DNA from: Candidatus Rokuibacteriota bacterium
Lineage (GTDB): Bacteria; Methylomirabilota; Methylomirabilia; Rokubacteriales; CSP1-6
Assembly: GCA_036802765.1 (NCBI GenBank)
Contig: DAIRVP010000002.1
Location: forward strand, 4,152 to 68,151
Direction of reading: 5' to 3'
Length of the DNA: 64,000 nucleotides
The notes under the pieces are model-generated. The model was not told where the DNA came from, searched no databases, and saw nothing but the letters and a program-made list of their open reading frames with translations. The position numbers were made by a program, and so were the translations under genes. This document shows positions 45,840 to 55,241 of this stretch, one piece after another. Each line of letters opens with the position of its first letter. Position 1 is the stretch's first letter.

Positions 45840-46169
45840 ATGGGTGTCGTGCGGAGCGCGCAGGAGGGCTGGAAGACCGCGGCCACGGTCGGTGTCGCGG
45901 TCAAGCGCCTCCGAGACGACAAGGCAAGCGGCGCTTCGACGTTTCTGCTGCGTGTTGACGCCGGCGCCCGCGTGCCGCTGCACGACCATCCCGGCGGCGA
46001 GGAGCTGTTCGTCATCGAAGGTGACCTTCGGGTCGGCGCCGCTCACCTGAAGGCCGGGGATTATCTCTATACGCCGCCCGACGGCAAGCACGCCGCCTCG
46101 TCCGACGGCGGATGCGTCGTTCTCGTCACCACGCCGAAGCCGGTCCGCTTCGTCGAGCCCCGCGGATAG
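45840..46169 (+). CDS. cupin-domain protein (ChrR-like cupin)
   Basis: HDHPGGEELFVIEGDL cupin motif. Confidence 0.6.
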   Translation: MGVVRSAQEGWKTAATVGVAVKRLRDDKASGASTFLLRVDAGARVPLHDHPGGEELFVIEGDLRVGAAHLKAGDYLYTPPDGKHAASSDGGCVVLVTTPKPVRFVEPRG

Positions 46170-46174
46170 CACGC

Positions 46175-47017
46175 GTGCGCCGCCTGTCCGTCGTCCTCAC
46201 CGCGGCCGCGCTGGCCGCCTCCGGATGCGCACAGGGCCGAACCGTCGTGCCGGTACGCATGCAATCGGCGGTGTTCGCGTCGCCGGCCGCGCCCGCGATG
46301 CTGGACGTGTCATCCCACGAAAACACGGTGCGGATGGTCGCGACCATCATGGTGCGGGATCTCGGGTTGCCGTTGCCCGAGACGGTCATGGTGTACGTCT
46401 ACTCGTCGCGTCAGGTTTTCGAGCGAGGGCTGATCGACGATGGTCAGGTGTCTCGCGTCCGCGCCGCCGAGCTGAGCGATTTCGCGGTCGGCGTCGGCAA
46501 GCGGCGTCAGCTGTTGCTCCACCACGAGTCCAATGTCGGACGCGGCGAATGGGTGCGTCTCGTGGCCCACGAGCTGTCGCACGTGGCGCAGATCGAGCTC
46601 GCGGAAGGTGAGGGCCGCGCCGAGCAGTGGCTGGCCGAAGGGATGGCGGAGTGGGTCGCCTTTCGTGTGCTCGAGCAGTTGCGCCTGGACACGGTCGGGC
46701 GGCGCCGGGTGGTCGCCCTCGAGACGGTGCGAGACCATCCCGCCGTCGTCGCGCGTCGGCTCGACCTCGAGACGCTGGGCACGCCTCGTGGCTTCACGCT
46801 GCGCCACCTGCGCGAGGGATCGCATCCGACGTACCAGCTGGCGTATCTGCTGACGGACTATCTGATCGCCCGCGACGGATTTGACCGCGTCGTGGAGTAC
46901 TTCCAATCGTTCGCGAAGCATGTGGATCGCCGCGGCAACTTCGCCGCCGCCTTCGGGCAGTCGCTGGCCGAGTTCGAGCAGGAGGCCATCGCTCATCTCA
47001 CGACGTCCACGCACTAG
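46175..47017 (+). CDS. lipoprotein, putative zinc metalloprotease (HExxH)
   Basis: GTG start. Lipobox LAASGC. HELSHV and EGMAEW motifs. Confidence 0.5.
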   Translation: MRRLSVVLTAAALAASGCAQGRTVVPVRMQSAVFASPAAPAMLDVSSHENTVRMVATIMVRDLGLPLPETVMVYVYSSRQVFERGLIDDGQVSRVRAAELSDFAVGVGKRRQLLLHHESNVGRGEWVRLVAHELSHVAQIELAEGEGRAEQWLAEGMAEWVAFRVLEQLRLDTVGRRRVVALETVRDHPAVVARRLDLETLGTPRGFTLRHLREGSHPTYQLAYLLTDYLIARDGFDRVVEYFQSFAKHVDRRGNFAAAFGQSLAEFEQEAIAHLTTSTH

Positions 47018-48368
47018 GCGCGGCGTCGCGTTCCTCGTCGTCGTCCTTGGTCTGGCCGCGCTGGCGACGTCGGCAGAGGGCGAGATCCTCGTCTCCACCG
47101 GTGACGTCACACCGACCAGCGCCGTCGTGTGGGCGCGCGGCGAGGTGGCCGGAACGCTCGACGTCTCGTATGGTGTCGCCGGTGATGCCGCCGCTCGGAG
47201 CCGGCGTCCGCTCGCCGTCACCGCTGGGAGCGATCTCACCGGCAAGCTCACACTGAACGGGCTCGCGCCGGCGACACGCTATGCAGTGCGCGTGAGCCAG
47301 GGCCAGGCGCACGCGGATGCCGAGTTCGTGACCGCACCGGCTCCGGACACGCCGGCGCGGGTGACGTTCATCTGGTCGGGCGATCTCGGCGGCGGCGGAT
47401 ACTGTCGTCCTCAGGATGGCGGCTATCGCATCTTCCGGCCCATGCTGGAGCGCCGCGCGGATTTCTTCGCGTTCGTCGGCGATACGATCTACGCCGATGT
47501 GCCATGCGACCGGCCGGGGGTTGTGTCGGGCGCGGACTTCCGTGCGCGCACGGTCGCCGAATATCGCGCGCGCCACCGATATCAGCTCGAAGACGCGCCG
47601 CTACAAGCGCTGTTGCGCAGCACGTCCGTCTACGCCATCTGGGACGACCACGAGGTGCGCAACGACTTCTCGGGCCCGCACGACGCGCTGATGCCGGTGG
47701 GGCGGCAAGCATTGCTGGACTACTGGCCGATCGCGCCGCCGACCGAAGAGCCGACGCGCCTCTACCGGCGATTTCGATGGGGACGGCTGCTGGAGGTCTT
47801 CATCCTCGATACCCGGCAGTACCGCAGCCGGAACACCGATCCCGACGGCGTCGGCAAAACGATGCTCGGCGCCGCACAGAAGCGCTGGCTGCTCGACGCC
47901 GTGACGTCGTCCACCGCGCTGTGGAAGGTCGTGGTGACGAGTGTGTCGTTGTCGATCCCGACCGGCCGGCCCGACGCCCGAGACTCGTGGACCGGCGTAT
48001 CGCCGTTCGGCCTGCCGCAGGACGGCGCTGGCTTCGTCACCGAACGCGACTCGATTCTTGAGTATTTCCGCAAGCGGGACGTCAAGAACCTCGTCTTCGT
48101 GGCCGCCGACGTGCATCATGCCGAGGTCATTCGTCACGAGCCGGCGCGGTCGTGGGTCTTTCACGAGCTCGTCGCCGGTCCGCTGTCGGCAACCACCGGC
48201 CGACCGCGGCCGCTCGACTCGACGCTCAATCCGCGATCACTGTTCGCGCGCGGCGGCGTCTTCAACTTCGGCGAAGTCGTCGTCGAGCCCGCTCAGTTGA
48301 CCGTTCGTCTGATCGACGACACCGGCGCCGTGATGTTCACACACGCAATCAAACCGGAGAATCCATGA
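46920..48368 (+). CDS. PhoD-like phosphodiesterase/alkaline phosphatase (Tat-secreted); start uncertain
   Basis: Tat-like TRRGVAFLVVVLGLAALA then a PhoD metallophosphatase core (FIWSGDLGGGG, FVGDTIYAD, WDDHEV). There is no canonical start between the upstream stop at 47017 and the signal peptide, so the nearest in-frame ATG at 46920 overlaps the upstream gene. Confidence 0.6.
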   Translation: MWIAAATSPPPSGSRWPSSSRRPSLISRRPRTRRGVAFLVVVLGLAALATSAEGEILVSTGDVTPTSAVVWARGEVAGTLDVSYGVAGDAAARSRRPLAVTAGSDLTGKLTLNGLAPATRYAVRVSQGQAHADAEFVTAPAPDTPARVTFIWSGDLGGGGYCRPQDGGYRIFRPMLERRADFFAFVGDTIYADVPCDRPGVVSGADFRARTVAEYRARHRYQLEDAPLQALLRSTSVYAIWDDHEVRNDFSGPHDALMPVGRQALLDYWPIAPPTEEPTRLYRRFRWGRLLEVFILDTRQYRSRNTDPDGVGKTMLGAAQKRWLLDAVTSSTALWKVVVTSVSLSIPTGRPDARDSWTGVSPFGLPQDGAGFVTERDSILEYFRKRDVKNLVFVAADVHHAEVIRHEPARSWVFHELVAGPLSATTGRPRPLDSTLNPRSLFARGGVFNFGEVVVEPAQLTVRLIDDTGAVMFTHAIKPENP

Positions 48369-48775
48369 TCGACCTCACGCTCGCGATGGCAGAAACGGCG
48401 CTCAAGGCCGCACAAGCGAAAGCCAAGGCGCTCGGCGCGCCGATGACGGTGACGGTGGTGGACGAGGCTGGCCGGCTCGTTCTGTGCGCGCGCGGTGACG
48501 GGACCGGGTTCCTGACGCCGGAAACGTCACGCGCCAAGGCGACTGCCGCCGCCGCGTTTCGCCGGAGCACCGCAGAGCTGACGGCATTCGGCGCCAAGGG
48601 CTGGGGTTTCTGGCAGGTGATGCCGATCGTCGCGCAGGGCGAAGTGCTGCCGACCCTCGGCGGCGCGCCGATCACCGTCGGTGGACGCGTCATCGGCGGC
48701 ATCGGGTGCGGCGGTGGGACCGGTGAGCAGGATCAGGAGTGCGCCGATGCGGGCGCCGCGGCGGTGAAGGGCTAG
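48365..48775 (+). CDS. GlcG/HbpS-like (DUF336) heme-binding protein
   Basis: ATGA overlap with the PhoD-like stop. GGAPITVGGRVIGGIGCGGGTGEQD motif. Confidence 0.65.
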   Translation: MIDLTLAMAETALKAAQAKAKALGAPMTVTVVDEAGRLVLCARGDGTGFLTPETSRAKATAAAAFRRSTAELTAFGAKGWGFWQVMPIVAQGEVLPTLGGAPITVGGRVIGGIGCGGGTGEQDQECADAGAAAVKG

Positions 48776-50751
48776 CCACTCTTCCAGGCCAGCACGACCC
48801 ATGCCGCGAGCGCGATCGCGGTGAGCGCGACGCCGGCGATCTCGGGCGGCCCGGGACCGTAGCGGAGCGTCACGGTCTGAGCTGCGCGCGCGAGGCGCAC
48901 CTCCAACAGTCCGTCCGCGCCGCGACGGGTCTGAAGCGGTGTGCCGTCGGCGTCCGCACGCCAGAGCGGATAGTACGCAACGCGCGCGGACGTCCAACCG
49001 CCCGCCTCGCCGGTGAGAGCCACGCGGCCGCCGCCGTCGCGCGCCGACGGCAGCGCCACGGGCGTCTCGCGCGCGAAGACGACGAACGGCGCGAGCGCGA
49101 GTCGGCGACGGAACGCCGTGTTGTCCGTGATCCACGCCAGGTGCATCACGTCGTCCTCCAGCGCGACCACGGCGACCACGCCGAGTCGATCCGTGTGCTC
49201 GCTGAATCGGTCGGCGTCCAGCGTGTCGAGGCTCTCGCCGAAGAGCGAACGCCCATCCAGCCGCTCGGCGAGCTGTGTGATTGCGCCCCGGCCCACGTCG
49301 CCGCGATAGACGAGCGCGGCGATCGGTGAGGGATGCGTGAACGTGCCGTGCACGATGTCGCGGTCGCCGTCGGCCGGCGTCAGCGCAGTCACGTGCGTGT
49401 GAGGACGCCACCAGTCGACGCCGTGAACCAGCGGCACGCCCGAGCGCACGAACAGGATGCGTCCTTCGGGCAGCCGACCCAGCAGGCTCCACAGGTCGGG
49501 CAGCCGAAGTCCCCGCTCGATCGAGATCAGCGACGGCCACATCATCGACGCCGGGCGCAGCATCAGCGTGTCGCCTCGGATCGCGAGGAGCGCGAACAGC
49601 GCCGCAACGACGAGCCCGACGGCCGGCTCACGAAGCCCGATATCGAGAGCACGTGGCAAGGGGAGCGCATCGAGCCGCCGTGTGAGCCGGAGCGCACCGA
49701 CGCCGGCCGCGAAGAGCAGCGCCATCCACGCGCCGTCGACGACACGGTCGGCCGGCAGCCAGCGAATACCGAGCGGCTCCAGCGCGAGCCGATCGAGTGC
49801 GGTCACCGCCACAGCGGCCGGCATCCACCAGAGCGCGAGGCGAGCGCCGGTGCCCGTCGGCGCTCGATCGACCAGGCCGGCGATGGCGAGGGCGATGAGG
49901 ACGATCGGAAGCGGACGCGCCACGTCGGCGAGCGACAGCGTCCCCCAGGCGAGCGCACGCGTCTCGGCCAGACGGAACAGCAGCGGCAGCGTCCAGAATC
50001 CGGTCAGCGCCGCACCGACGCCCACGGCCGTCAGCGCCTCGCGACCGCTCGCGCGCCACGGTGGGCGAAGAAACACGGCCAGCGCGATCAACACCACCGC
50101 GGCCGGCAGCTGGGCGGGATGCAGAAGCGTGACGACGGCCAGGAGAAGCGCGACCGCCGGCGAGAGCGGGCGACGCTCCTCGATCCATCGCACGAGCAGC
50201 GTCAGCAATATCGGGAGCAGTGCCCACGCGAGCCGCGCTCCTACCATTCCGGTTCGCACGCCGCCGTTCACGCCGCTCGCGAGCCCGGCCGACAACGTCA
50301 ACGCGACGAAAGAGAACGGCAACGCCATCCACCGCTGGCCGGTGAGCCGCGTGAGCGCGAGGTACGTCGTGACGCCGGGCAGCAGGTACGCGAGCCAGAG
50401 CAGTCCCTGGTAGACAGTCCGAATATCGAACACACCCGCAGTAGCCCACGCGAGCAGCGCACCGACGTACGCAAACCCCGGCGGATAGAACTGCAGCTCG
50501 GGATAGCCCGCCCACCAGCCGCGGTCCCATGCCCACGGCGCCGGGCCGTACGTGAGCACGTGCCAGACGCGGTAGAGCTGACCGGGGTGATCGTCGAATC
50601 CGAGCATCGCGCCGCCAAGCGTTGCTCCGCCGAACGCGACGCCGAAGCCGACCAGCAGCACGAGCGGGAGCACGAAGCGAGCATACCGCCTTGTATTTCC
50701 CGCTGGATATGCTTTAGTAGCGGAAATCTCTTGCTGTCGGTGCTGTAACAC
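48772..50751 (-). CDS. large polytopic membrane protein (GT-C-like / YfhO-like, uncharacterised)
   Basis: The gene occupies the C-terminal approximately 660 codons of the 1157-aa ORF. The upstream part of that ORF is antisense to thrC. More than 12 TM helices with aromatic-rich loops (YPELQFYPPGFAY). Confidence 0.5.
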   Translation of the reverse strand: MLQHRQQEISATKAYPAGNTRRYARFVLPLVLLVGFGVAFGGATLGGAMLGFDDHPGQLYRVWHVLTYGPAPWAWDRGWWAGYPELQFYPPGFAYVGALLAWATAGVFDIRTVYQGLLWLAYLLPGVTTYLALTRLTGQRWMALPFSFVALTLSAGLASGVNGGVRTGMVGARLAWALLPILLTLLVRWIEERRPLSPAVALLLAVVTLLHPAQLPAAVVLIALAVFLRPPWRASGREALTAVGVGAALTGFWTLPLLFRLAETRALAWGTLSLADVARPLPIVLIALAIAGLVDRAPTGTGARLALWWMPAAVAVTALDRLALEPLGIRWLPADRVVDGAWMALLFAAGVGALRLTRRLDALPLPRALDIGLREPAVGLVVAALFALLAIRGDTLMLRPASMMWPSLISIERGLRLPDLWSLLGRLPEGRILFVRSGVPLVHGVDWWRPHTHVTALTPADGDRDIVHGTFTHPSPIAALVYRGDVGRGAITQLAERLDGRSLFGESLDTLDADRFSEHTDRLGVVAVVALEDDVMHLAWITDNTAFRRRLALAPFVVFARETPVALPSARDGGGRVALTGEAGGWTSARVAYYPLWRADADGTPLQTRRGADGLLEVRLARAAQTVTLRYGPGPPEIAGVALTAIALAAWVVLAWKSG

Positions 50752-50784
50752 TCGGGGCTCAATTCCCCTACCGATGGAGAGGCC

Positions 50785-52032
50785 ATGGCGAAGCTGAAGG
50801 GGTTGAAGTGTCGGGAGTGTGGCCGTCACTATCCCGCGGTCCCCGTTCACGTCTGCGAGTTCTGTTTCGGCCCACTCGAAGTCGACTACCAGTACGAGGC
50901 GCTCAAGGGCGTCGTCACACGCGCATCGATCGCCGCGGGGCCGCCGAGCATGTGGCGCTACAAGGACCTGCTGCCGGTCGAGGGCGACGTGGCGGTGGGC
51001 CACCACGTGGGCTTCACGCCGCTGATCCGGGCGCGGAACCTGGCCGACGAGTTGGGCTGTCGCGAGATCTGGATCAAGAACGATTCCGTCTGCCATCCCA
51101 CGTGGTCGTTCAAGGATCGCGTCGTGTCGGTGGCGGTGACGAAGGCGCGCGAGTTCGGGTTCGACACCGTCGCGTGTGCGTCGACAGGAAACCTGGCCAA
51201 CTCCGTGGCGGCTCACGCGGCCGAGGGCCGGCTGAAGTCCTATATCTTCATCCCGGCCGATCTCGAGCAGGGCAAGGTGCTCGCGACGCTGGTCTACGAT
51301 CCCACGCTCGTCGCCGTTCACGGAACGTACGACGAGGTCAACCGCCTGTGCTCGGAGATCGCGGACAAGTATCGCTGGGCGTTCGTGAACGTGAATTTTC
51401 GGCCGTACTACTCGGAAGGATCGAAGTCGTACGGATTCGAAATCGTCGAACAGCTGGGCTGGCGCACACCGGACCACATCGTCGTGCCGTGCGCAGGCGG
51501 CTCGCTGATCACGAAGATCTGGAAAGCCATCAAGGAGCTGAAGAGCCTCGATCTGCTGGACGGGCCGGTTCGGACGAAGATGCATGCCGCGCAGGCGCTG
51601 GGCTGCGGGCCGATCGTCACGATGATCCGAAATGATACCGACGTGCTGAAGCCGGTGCGCCCGAACACGATTGCCAAGTCGCTGGCCATCGGCAATCCCG
51701 CGGACGGCTATTATGCGTACAGGGCCACGAAGGAGTCCGGCGGCTTCGGCGAGCACGCCACCGACGCTGAAATCATCGAAGCCATGCTGTTGCTGGCGCG
51801 GACGGAAGGGATCTTCACCGAGACGGCCGGCGGTGTGACGCTCGCCGCTGCGAAAAAGCTCATCGAGGCGGGTGTGATCCCGCGCGACGAGTCGGTGGTG
51901 GTGTGCATCACCGGCAATGGGCTCAAGACGCCGGATGCGCTCTATGATCGGCTCGAGGCCCACGTGAAGATCAAACCCTCGCTGTCTGCGTTCGATCGCG
52001 CGCTCGCCGACCTCAAGAACCAGACGAGCTGA
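50785..52032 (+). CDS. thrC: threonine synthase
   Basis: N-terminal Cys4 (CRECG...CEFCFG) and PLP lysine SFKDR, with a TGN glycine loop. Confidence 0.85.
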   Translation: MAKLKGLKCRECGRHYPAVPVHVCEFCFGPLEVDYQYEALKGVVTRASIAAGPPSMWRYKDLLPVEGDVAVGHHVGFTPLIRARNLADELGCREIWIKNDSVCHPTWSFKDRVVSVAVTKAREFGFDTVACASTGNLANSVAAHAAEGRLKSYIFIPADLEQGKVLATLVYDPTLVAVHGTYDEVNRLCSEIADKYRWAFVNVNFRPYYSEGSKSYGFEIVEQLGWRTPDHIVVPCAGGSLITKIWKAIKELKSLDLLDGPVRTKMHAAQALGCGPIVTMIRNDTDVLKPVRPNTIAKSLAIGNPADGYYAYRATKESGGFGEHATDAEIIEAMLLLARTEGIFTETAGGVTLAAAKKLIEAGVIPRDESVVVCITGNGLKTPDALYDRLEAHVKIKPSLSAFDRALADLKNQTS

Positions 52033-52069
52033 CGAGGCGAGCGAAAGACGAAAGACGAAGGAGACCAGA

Positions 52070-52348
52070 ATGCCGGTGACGGTTCGAATTCCAACCCCGC
52101 TGCGACAGGTCACGAAGGGTAACGCCGAGGTGCAGACCAAGGCGGGTACCGTCGACGACGTCGTGGCCGATCTCGAGCGCCAGTTTCCGGGTCTCAAGGA
52201 GCGGCTGGTGGACGACAGCGGTGAGCTGCGTCGCTTCATCAACATCTACGTGAACGAGGAAGACATCCGCTTCATGGACGGCCGCAAGACGACGCTGAAA
52301 GACGGCGACGCGGTGTCCATCGTGCCCGCGATCGCGGGAGGGTGGTAA
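52070..52348 (+). CDS. MoaD/ThiS-family sulfur-carrier-like protein with GG-W C-terminus
   Basis: 92 aa beta-grasp protein ending in ...AIAGGW. A GG motif followed by one extra Trp before the stop. Confidence 0.6.
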   Translation: MPVTVRIPTPLRQVTKGNAEVQTKAGTVDDVVADLERQFPGLKERLVDDSGELRRFINIYVNEEDIRFMDGRKTTLKDGDAVSIVPAIAGGW

Positions 52349-52354
52349 GGACGC

Positions 52355-52603
52355 GTGACGGCCATGACCCGCACGCGAGTGCGGCTCACGTTTCCGCCGA
52401 GCCTGATCCAGGAGCCGATCCTCTATCGGCTGGTGAAGGACTTCGACATCGTCATCAACATCCGCCGCGCTGACGTCAAGGCCGACTACGGCTGGGTCGC
52501 CCTCGAGATGGAGGCGGCCGAGGACACGCTCGATCGTGGCGTGGCGTGGCTCAAAGGCAAAGGCGTGCAGGTCGATCCGATCGAGCGCGACGTGATCGTA
52601 TGA
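52355..52603 (+). CDS. NIL-domain protein
   Basis: Aligns colinearly with the MetN C-terminal NIL domain (LTF..PILYRLVKDFDIVINI..WVALEMEA..GVAWLKGKGVQV). Confidence 0.5.
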   Translation: MTAMTRTRVRLTFPPSLIQEPILYRLVKDFDIVINIRRADVKADYGWVALEMEAAEDTLDRGVAWLKGKGVQVDPIERDVIV

Positions 52604-53775
52604 GCGGCATCTCCCAGCGTGTCCAGGGCTTCACCGAATCCGTCATTCGCGAGATGACGCGTGTTGTGAGCCAGCTCGGTGGCGTGAATCTCGCGCAGGG
52701 GATGCCGAACTTTCCGCCGCCGCGGGAGCTGCTCGAGGCGGCGCATCGGGCGATCGACGGCGACTTTCACCAGTACGCGATCACGTGGGGCACGCCGGCG
52801 CTACGCCGCGCGATCGCGGACAAGTACCGCGCGTTCTACGGCATGGACGTCGATCCCGAACAGCACGTCACGGTCTGCTGCGGCTCGACGGAAACCATGC
52901 TCTCGACGCTATTGGCCGTGCTCAATCCCGGCGACGAGGTCGTCATCTTCGAGCCCTTTTACGAGAACTACGGGCCGGGCTGCATCATTTCCGGCGCCAG
53001 GCCGGTGTGGGTGCCGCTCGAGCCGCCGGATTTCACGTTCGATCCCGATCGCCTCCGCGCGGCGGTGTCGCCGCGCACGAAGGCGATCGTCTTCAACAGC
53101 CCGAACAATCCTTCGGGGAAGGTGTTCTCGCGCGCGGAGCTTCAGACCATCGCCGACGTCTGTCTACAGCACGACCTGCTGGCCATCACGGACGAGATCT
53201 ACGAGCACATCGTGTACGACGGGCACGGCCACACGCCGATCGCGACGCTGCCCGGGATGGCCGAGCGGACGATCACAATCTCGGGGATCTCCAAGTCGTA
53301 CTCCGTCACCGGCTGGCGCGTCGGCTACGCGGTCGCGCCGCCCGAGCTTTCGGTCGGGATCCGCCGGGCGCACGACTTCGTGACCGTCGGCGCGCCGCAT
53401 CCCCTGCAGGAGGCCGCGGTGACCGCGCTTCGATTCCCGGATTCTTACTACGTCGGTCTGCGGGAGGGCTACCAGAAGCGCCGCGACCTGCTGTGGCGCT
53501 ACATCGAGTCGGCGGGGTTCGTCGCGTGGAAGCCGAGCGGCGCGTACTACATCCTCACCGATGCGGGGCGCTTCATGAAGGCGGCGCGCGTGGACGACGA
53601 CTACGCATTTGCGATGTGGCTCATCAAGGAGTGCGGTGTCGCGACCGTCCCCGGCTCGTCGTTTTACGCCCATGCCGAGCTCGGACGCACGAAGATCCGC
53701 TTCTGTTTTCCGAAGACCGACGACATGCTGACGGAAGCGGGAGAGCGCCTACAGAAGCTGCGCACGTTTGCCTGA
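52599..53775 (+). CDS. class I/II pyridoxal-phosphate aminotransferase (methionine/kynurenine-aminotransferase-like)
   Basis: ATGA overlap with the NIL gene. GISKSYSVTGWRVGY PLP-lysine region. Confidence 0.8.
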
Positions 53776-55051
53776 GGCGGCCCGCGAGGCCGCGCTCGCA
53801 ATCTGGCGCGCGGCGCTCGCCGCCGCCGACGTCCCACCCCTCGTCGACCGCGCGCTCGATCGTCTGCCCGTCGATCTGAGGCGTCGGCTTCCGGGCAGGC
53901 TCCTCGTCTTTGGCTGCGGCAAGGCCGGCGGCTCGATGGCGGCGGCGCTCGAGCGTGCGCTCGGTCCGGCGATTACCGAAGGCCTCGTCATCGTCAAGGA
54001 CGGTTACACCGTGCCGACGGAGCGCATCGTCTTGCGAGAAGCCGGCCATCCCGTGCCAGACGCGCGCGGGCAGGCCGCGACCGAAGAGATGATTCGTCGT
54101 GTCCACGCCGCAAAAGCCGACGACCTCATCGTGTTCCTCGTCTCGGGAGGCGGCTCGGCACTGACGCCCGCGCCGGTTCCGCCGATCACGCTCGCGGAAG
54201 AGCAGGAAACGACGCGGCTCTTGCTGGCCGCCGGCGCGACGATCAACGACCTCAATGCGGTGCGCAAGCATCTCTCGTTCTTCAAAGGCGGGCAATTCGC
54301 GCGCGCGGCCGCCCCGGCCACCGTGATGGCGCTGATCCTCTCCGATGTCATCGGCGATCCGCTCGACGTCATCGCGTCCGGGCCAACGGCCCCCGATCCC
54401 ACAACGTTCGCGGATGCGCTCGATGTGCTGCGGCGGCGTGGCGTGATCGCTCGCGTCCCGGCCTCGGTGCGCGCGCGGCTCGACGCCGGCGCGCGCGGCG
54501 AGATTGCGGAGACGCCGAAGCCTGGCGACCCTGTCTTCGAGCACGTGACGAATGTCGTGATCGGCAACAACGCCACCGTCGTGGAGGCGGCCGCCTCACA
54601 GGCGCGACGCTTGGGGTACCGCACCGAGATTCTCACGCGCGAGCTGCAGGGCGAGGCGCGCGACGTCGCGCGTGAGCTCGTTGCGCGTGCGAGGAGCGTG
54701 GCCGCACGCACCTGTCTGATCGCCGGTGGGGAAACGACGGTCACGGTCCGCGGGAGCGGACGCGGAGGCCGCTGTCAGGAGTTCGTCCTCGCGGCGGCGC
54801 TCGAGCTGACGCGCGAGGATCGGCTCGTCGTGCTCGCCGCCGGCACGGACGGCAGCGACGGTCCGACCGATGCGGCCGGCGCCATTGCCGACGCGATCAC
54901 GATCCCGAATGGCGAGCGTTCCGGACGCTCGGCGCGCGCCGCGCTGGACGACAACGACGCGTTTACCTTTCTGTCGAGTGCAGGTGATCTGATCGTGTCG
55001 GGTCCGACCAATACGAACCTGCTCGACGTCTACGTCATGCTGCGCGATTGA
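53768..55051 (+). CDS. glycerate kinase (MOFRL/DUF4147 family)
   Basis: TTG start. LVFGCGKAGGSMA and a C-terminal MOFRL domain (GTDGSDGPTDAAGA). Confidence 0.7.
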   Translation: MPEAAREAALAIWRAALAAADVPPLVDRALDRLPVDLRRRLPGRLLVFGCGKAGGSMAAALERALGPAITEGLVIVKDGYTVPTERIVLREAGHPVPDARGQAATEEMIRRVHAAKADDLIVFLVSGGGSALTPAPVPPITLAEEQETTRLLLAAGATINDLNAVRKHLSFFKGGQFARAAAPATVMALILSDVIGDPLDVIASGPTAPDPTTFADALDVLRRRGVIARVPASVRARLDAGARGEIAETPKPGDPVFEHVTNVVIGNNATVVEAAASQARRLGYRTEILTRELQGEARDVARELVARARSVAARTCLIAGGETTVTVRGSGRGGRCQEFVLAAALELTREDRLVVLAAGTDGSDGPTDAAGAIADAITIPNGERSGRSARAALDDNDAFTFLSSAGDLIVSGPTNTNLLDVYVMLRD

Positions 55052-55198
55052 AGGCAGTCGCCACCGTTCTGCTCATCGCGTGGGCGAAACGCTCTAAGCG
55101 ACCGACATTCCACGCCGTGACGGGAGTTCCGCACACGGTTATCCACGGCTCGCCCACGAAATCGGTGGACGGGCGGATGTAGAGTTTTCTCCCCGGTG

Positions 55199-55217
55199 CC
55201 GCGGACGAATTCCGCGG
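55199..55217. repeat. 7-5-7 inverted repeat CCGCGGA-cgaat-TCCGCGG
   Basis: Perfect palindromic arms in the 190-nt gap between convergent genes. Function unknown. Confidence 0.3.
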
Positions 55218-55241
55218 TGCTATCGGATCGTCATCTCGTCG

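Noticed and set aside
48772-52245. 1157-aa minus-strand ORF
   Set aside because: Only the C-terminal approximately 660 codons (48772..50751) look like a real polytopic membrane protein. The N-terminal approximately 500 codons are Arg-rich and antisense to thrC (50785..52032), which has unambiguous PLP-enzyme motifs.
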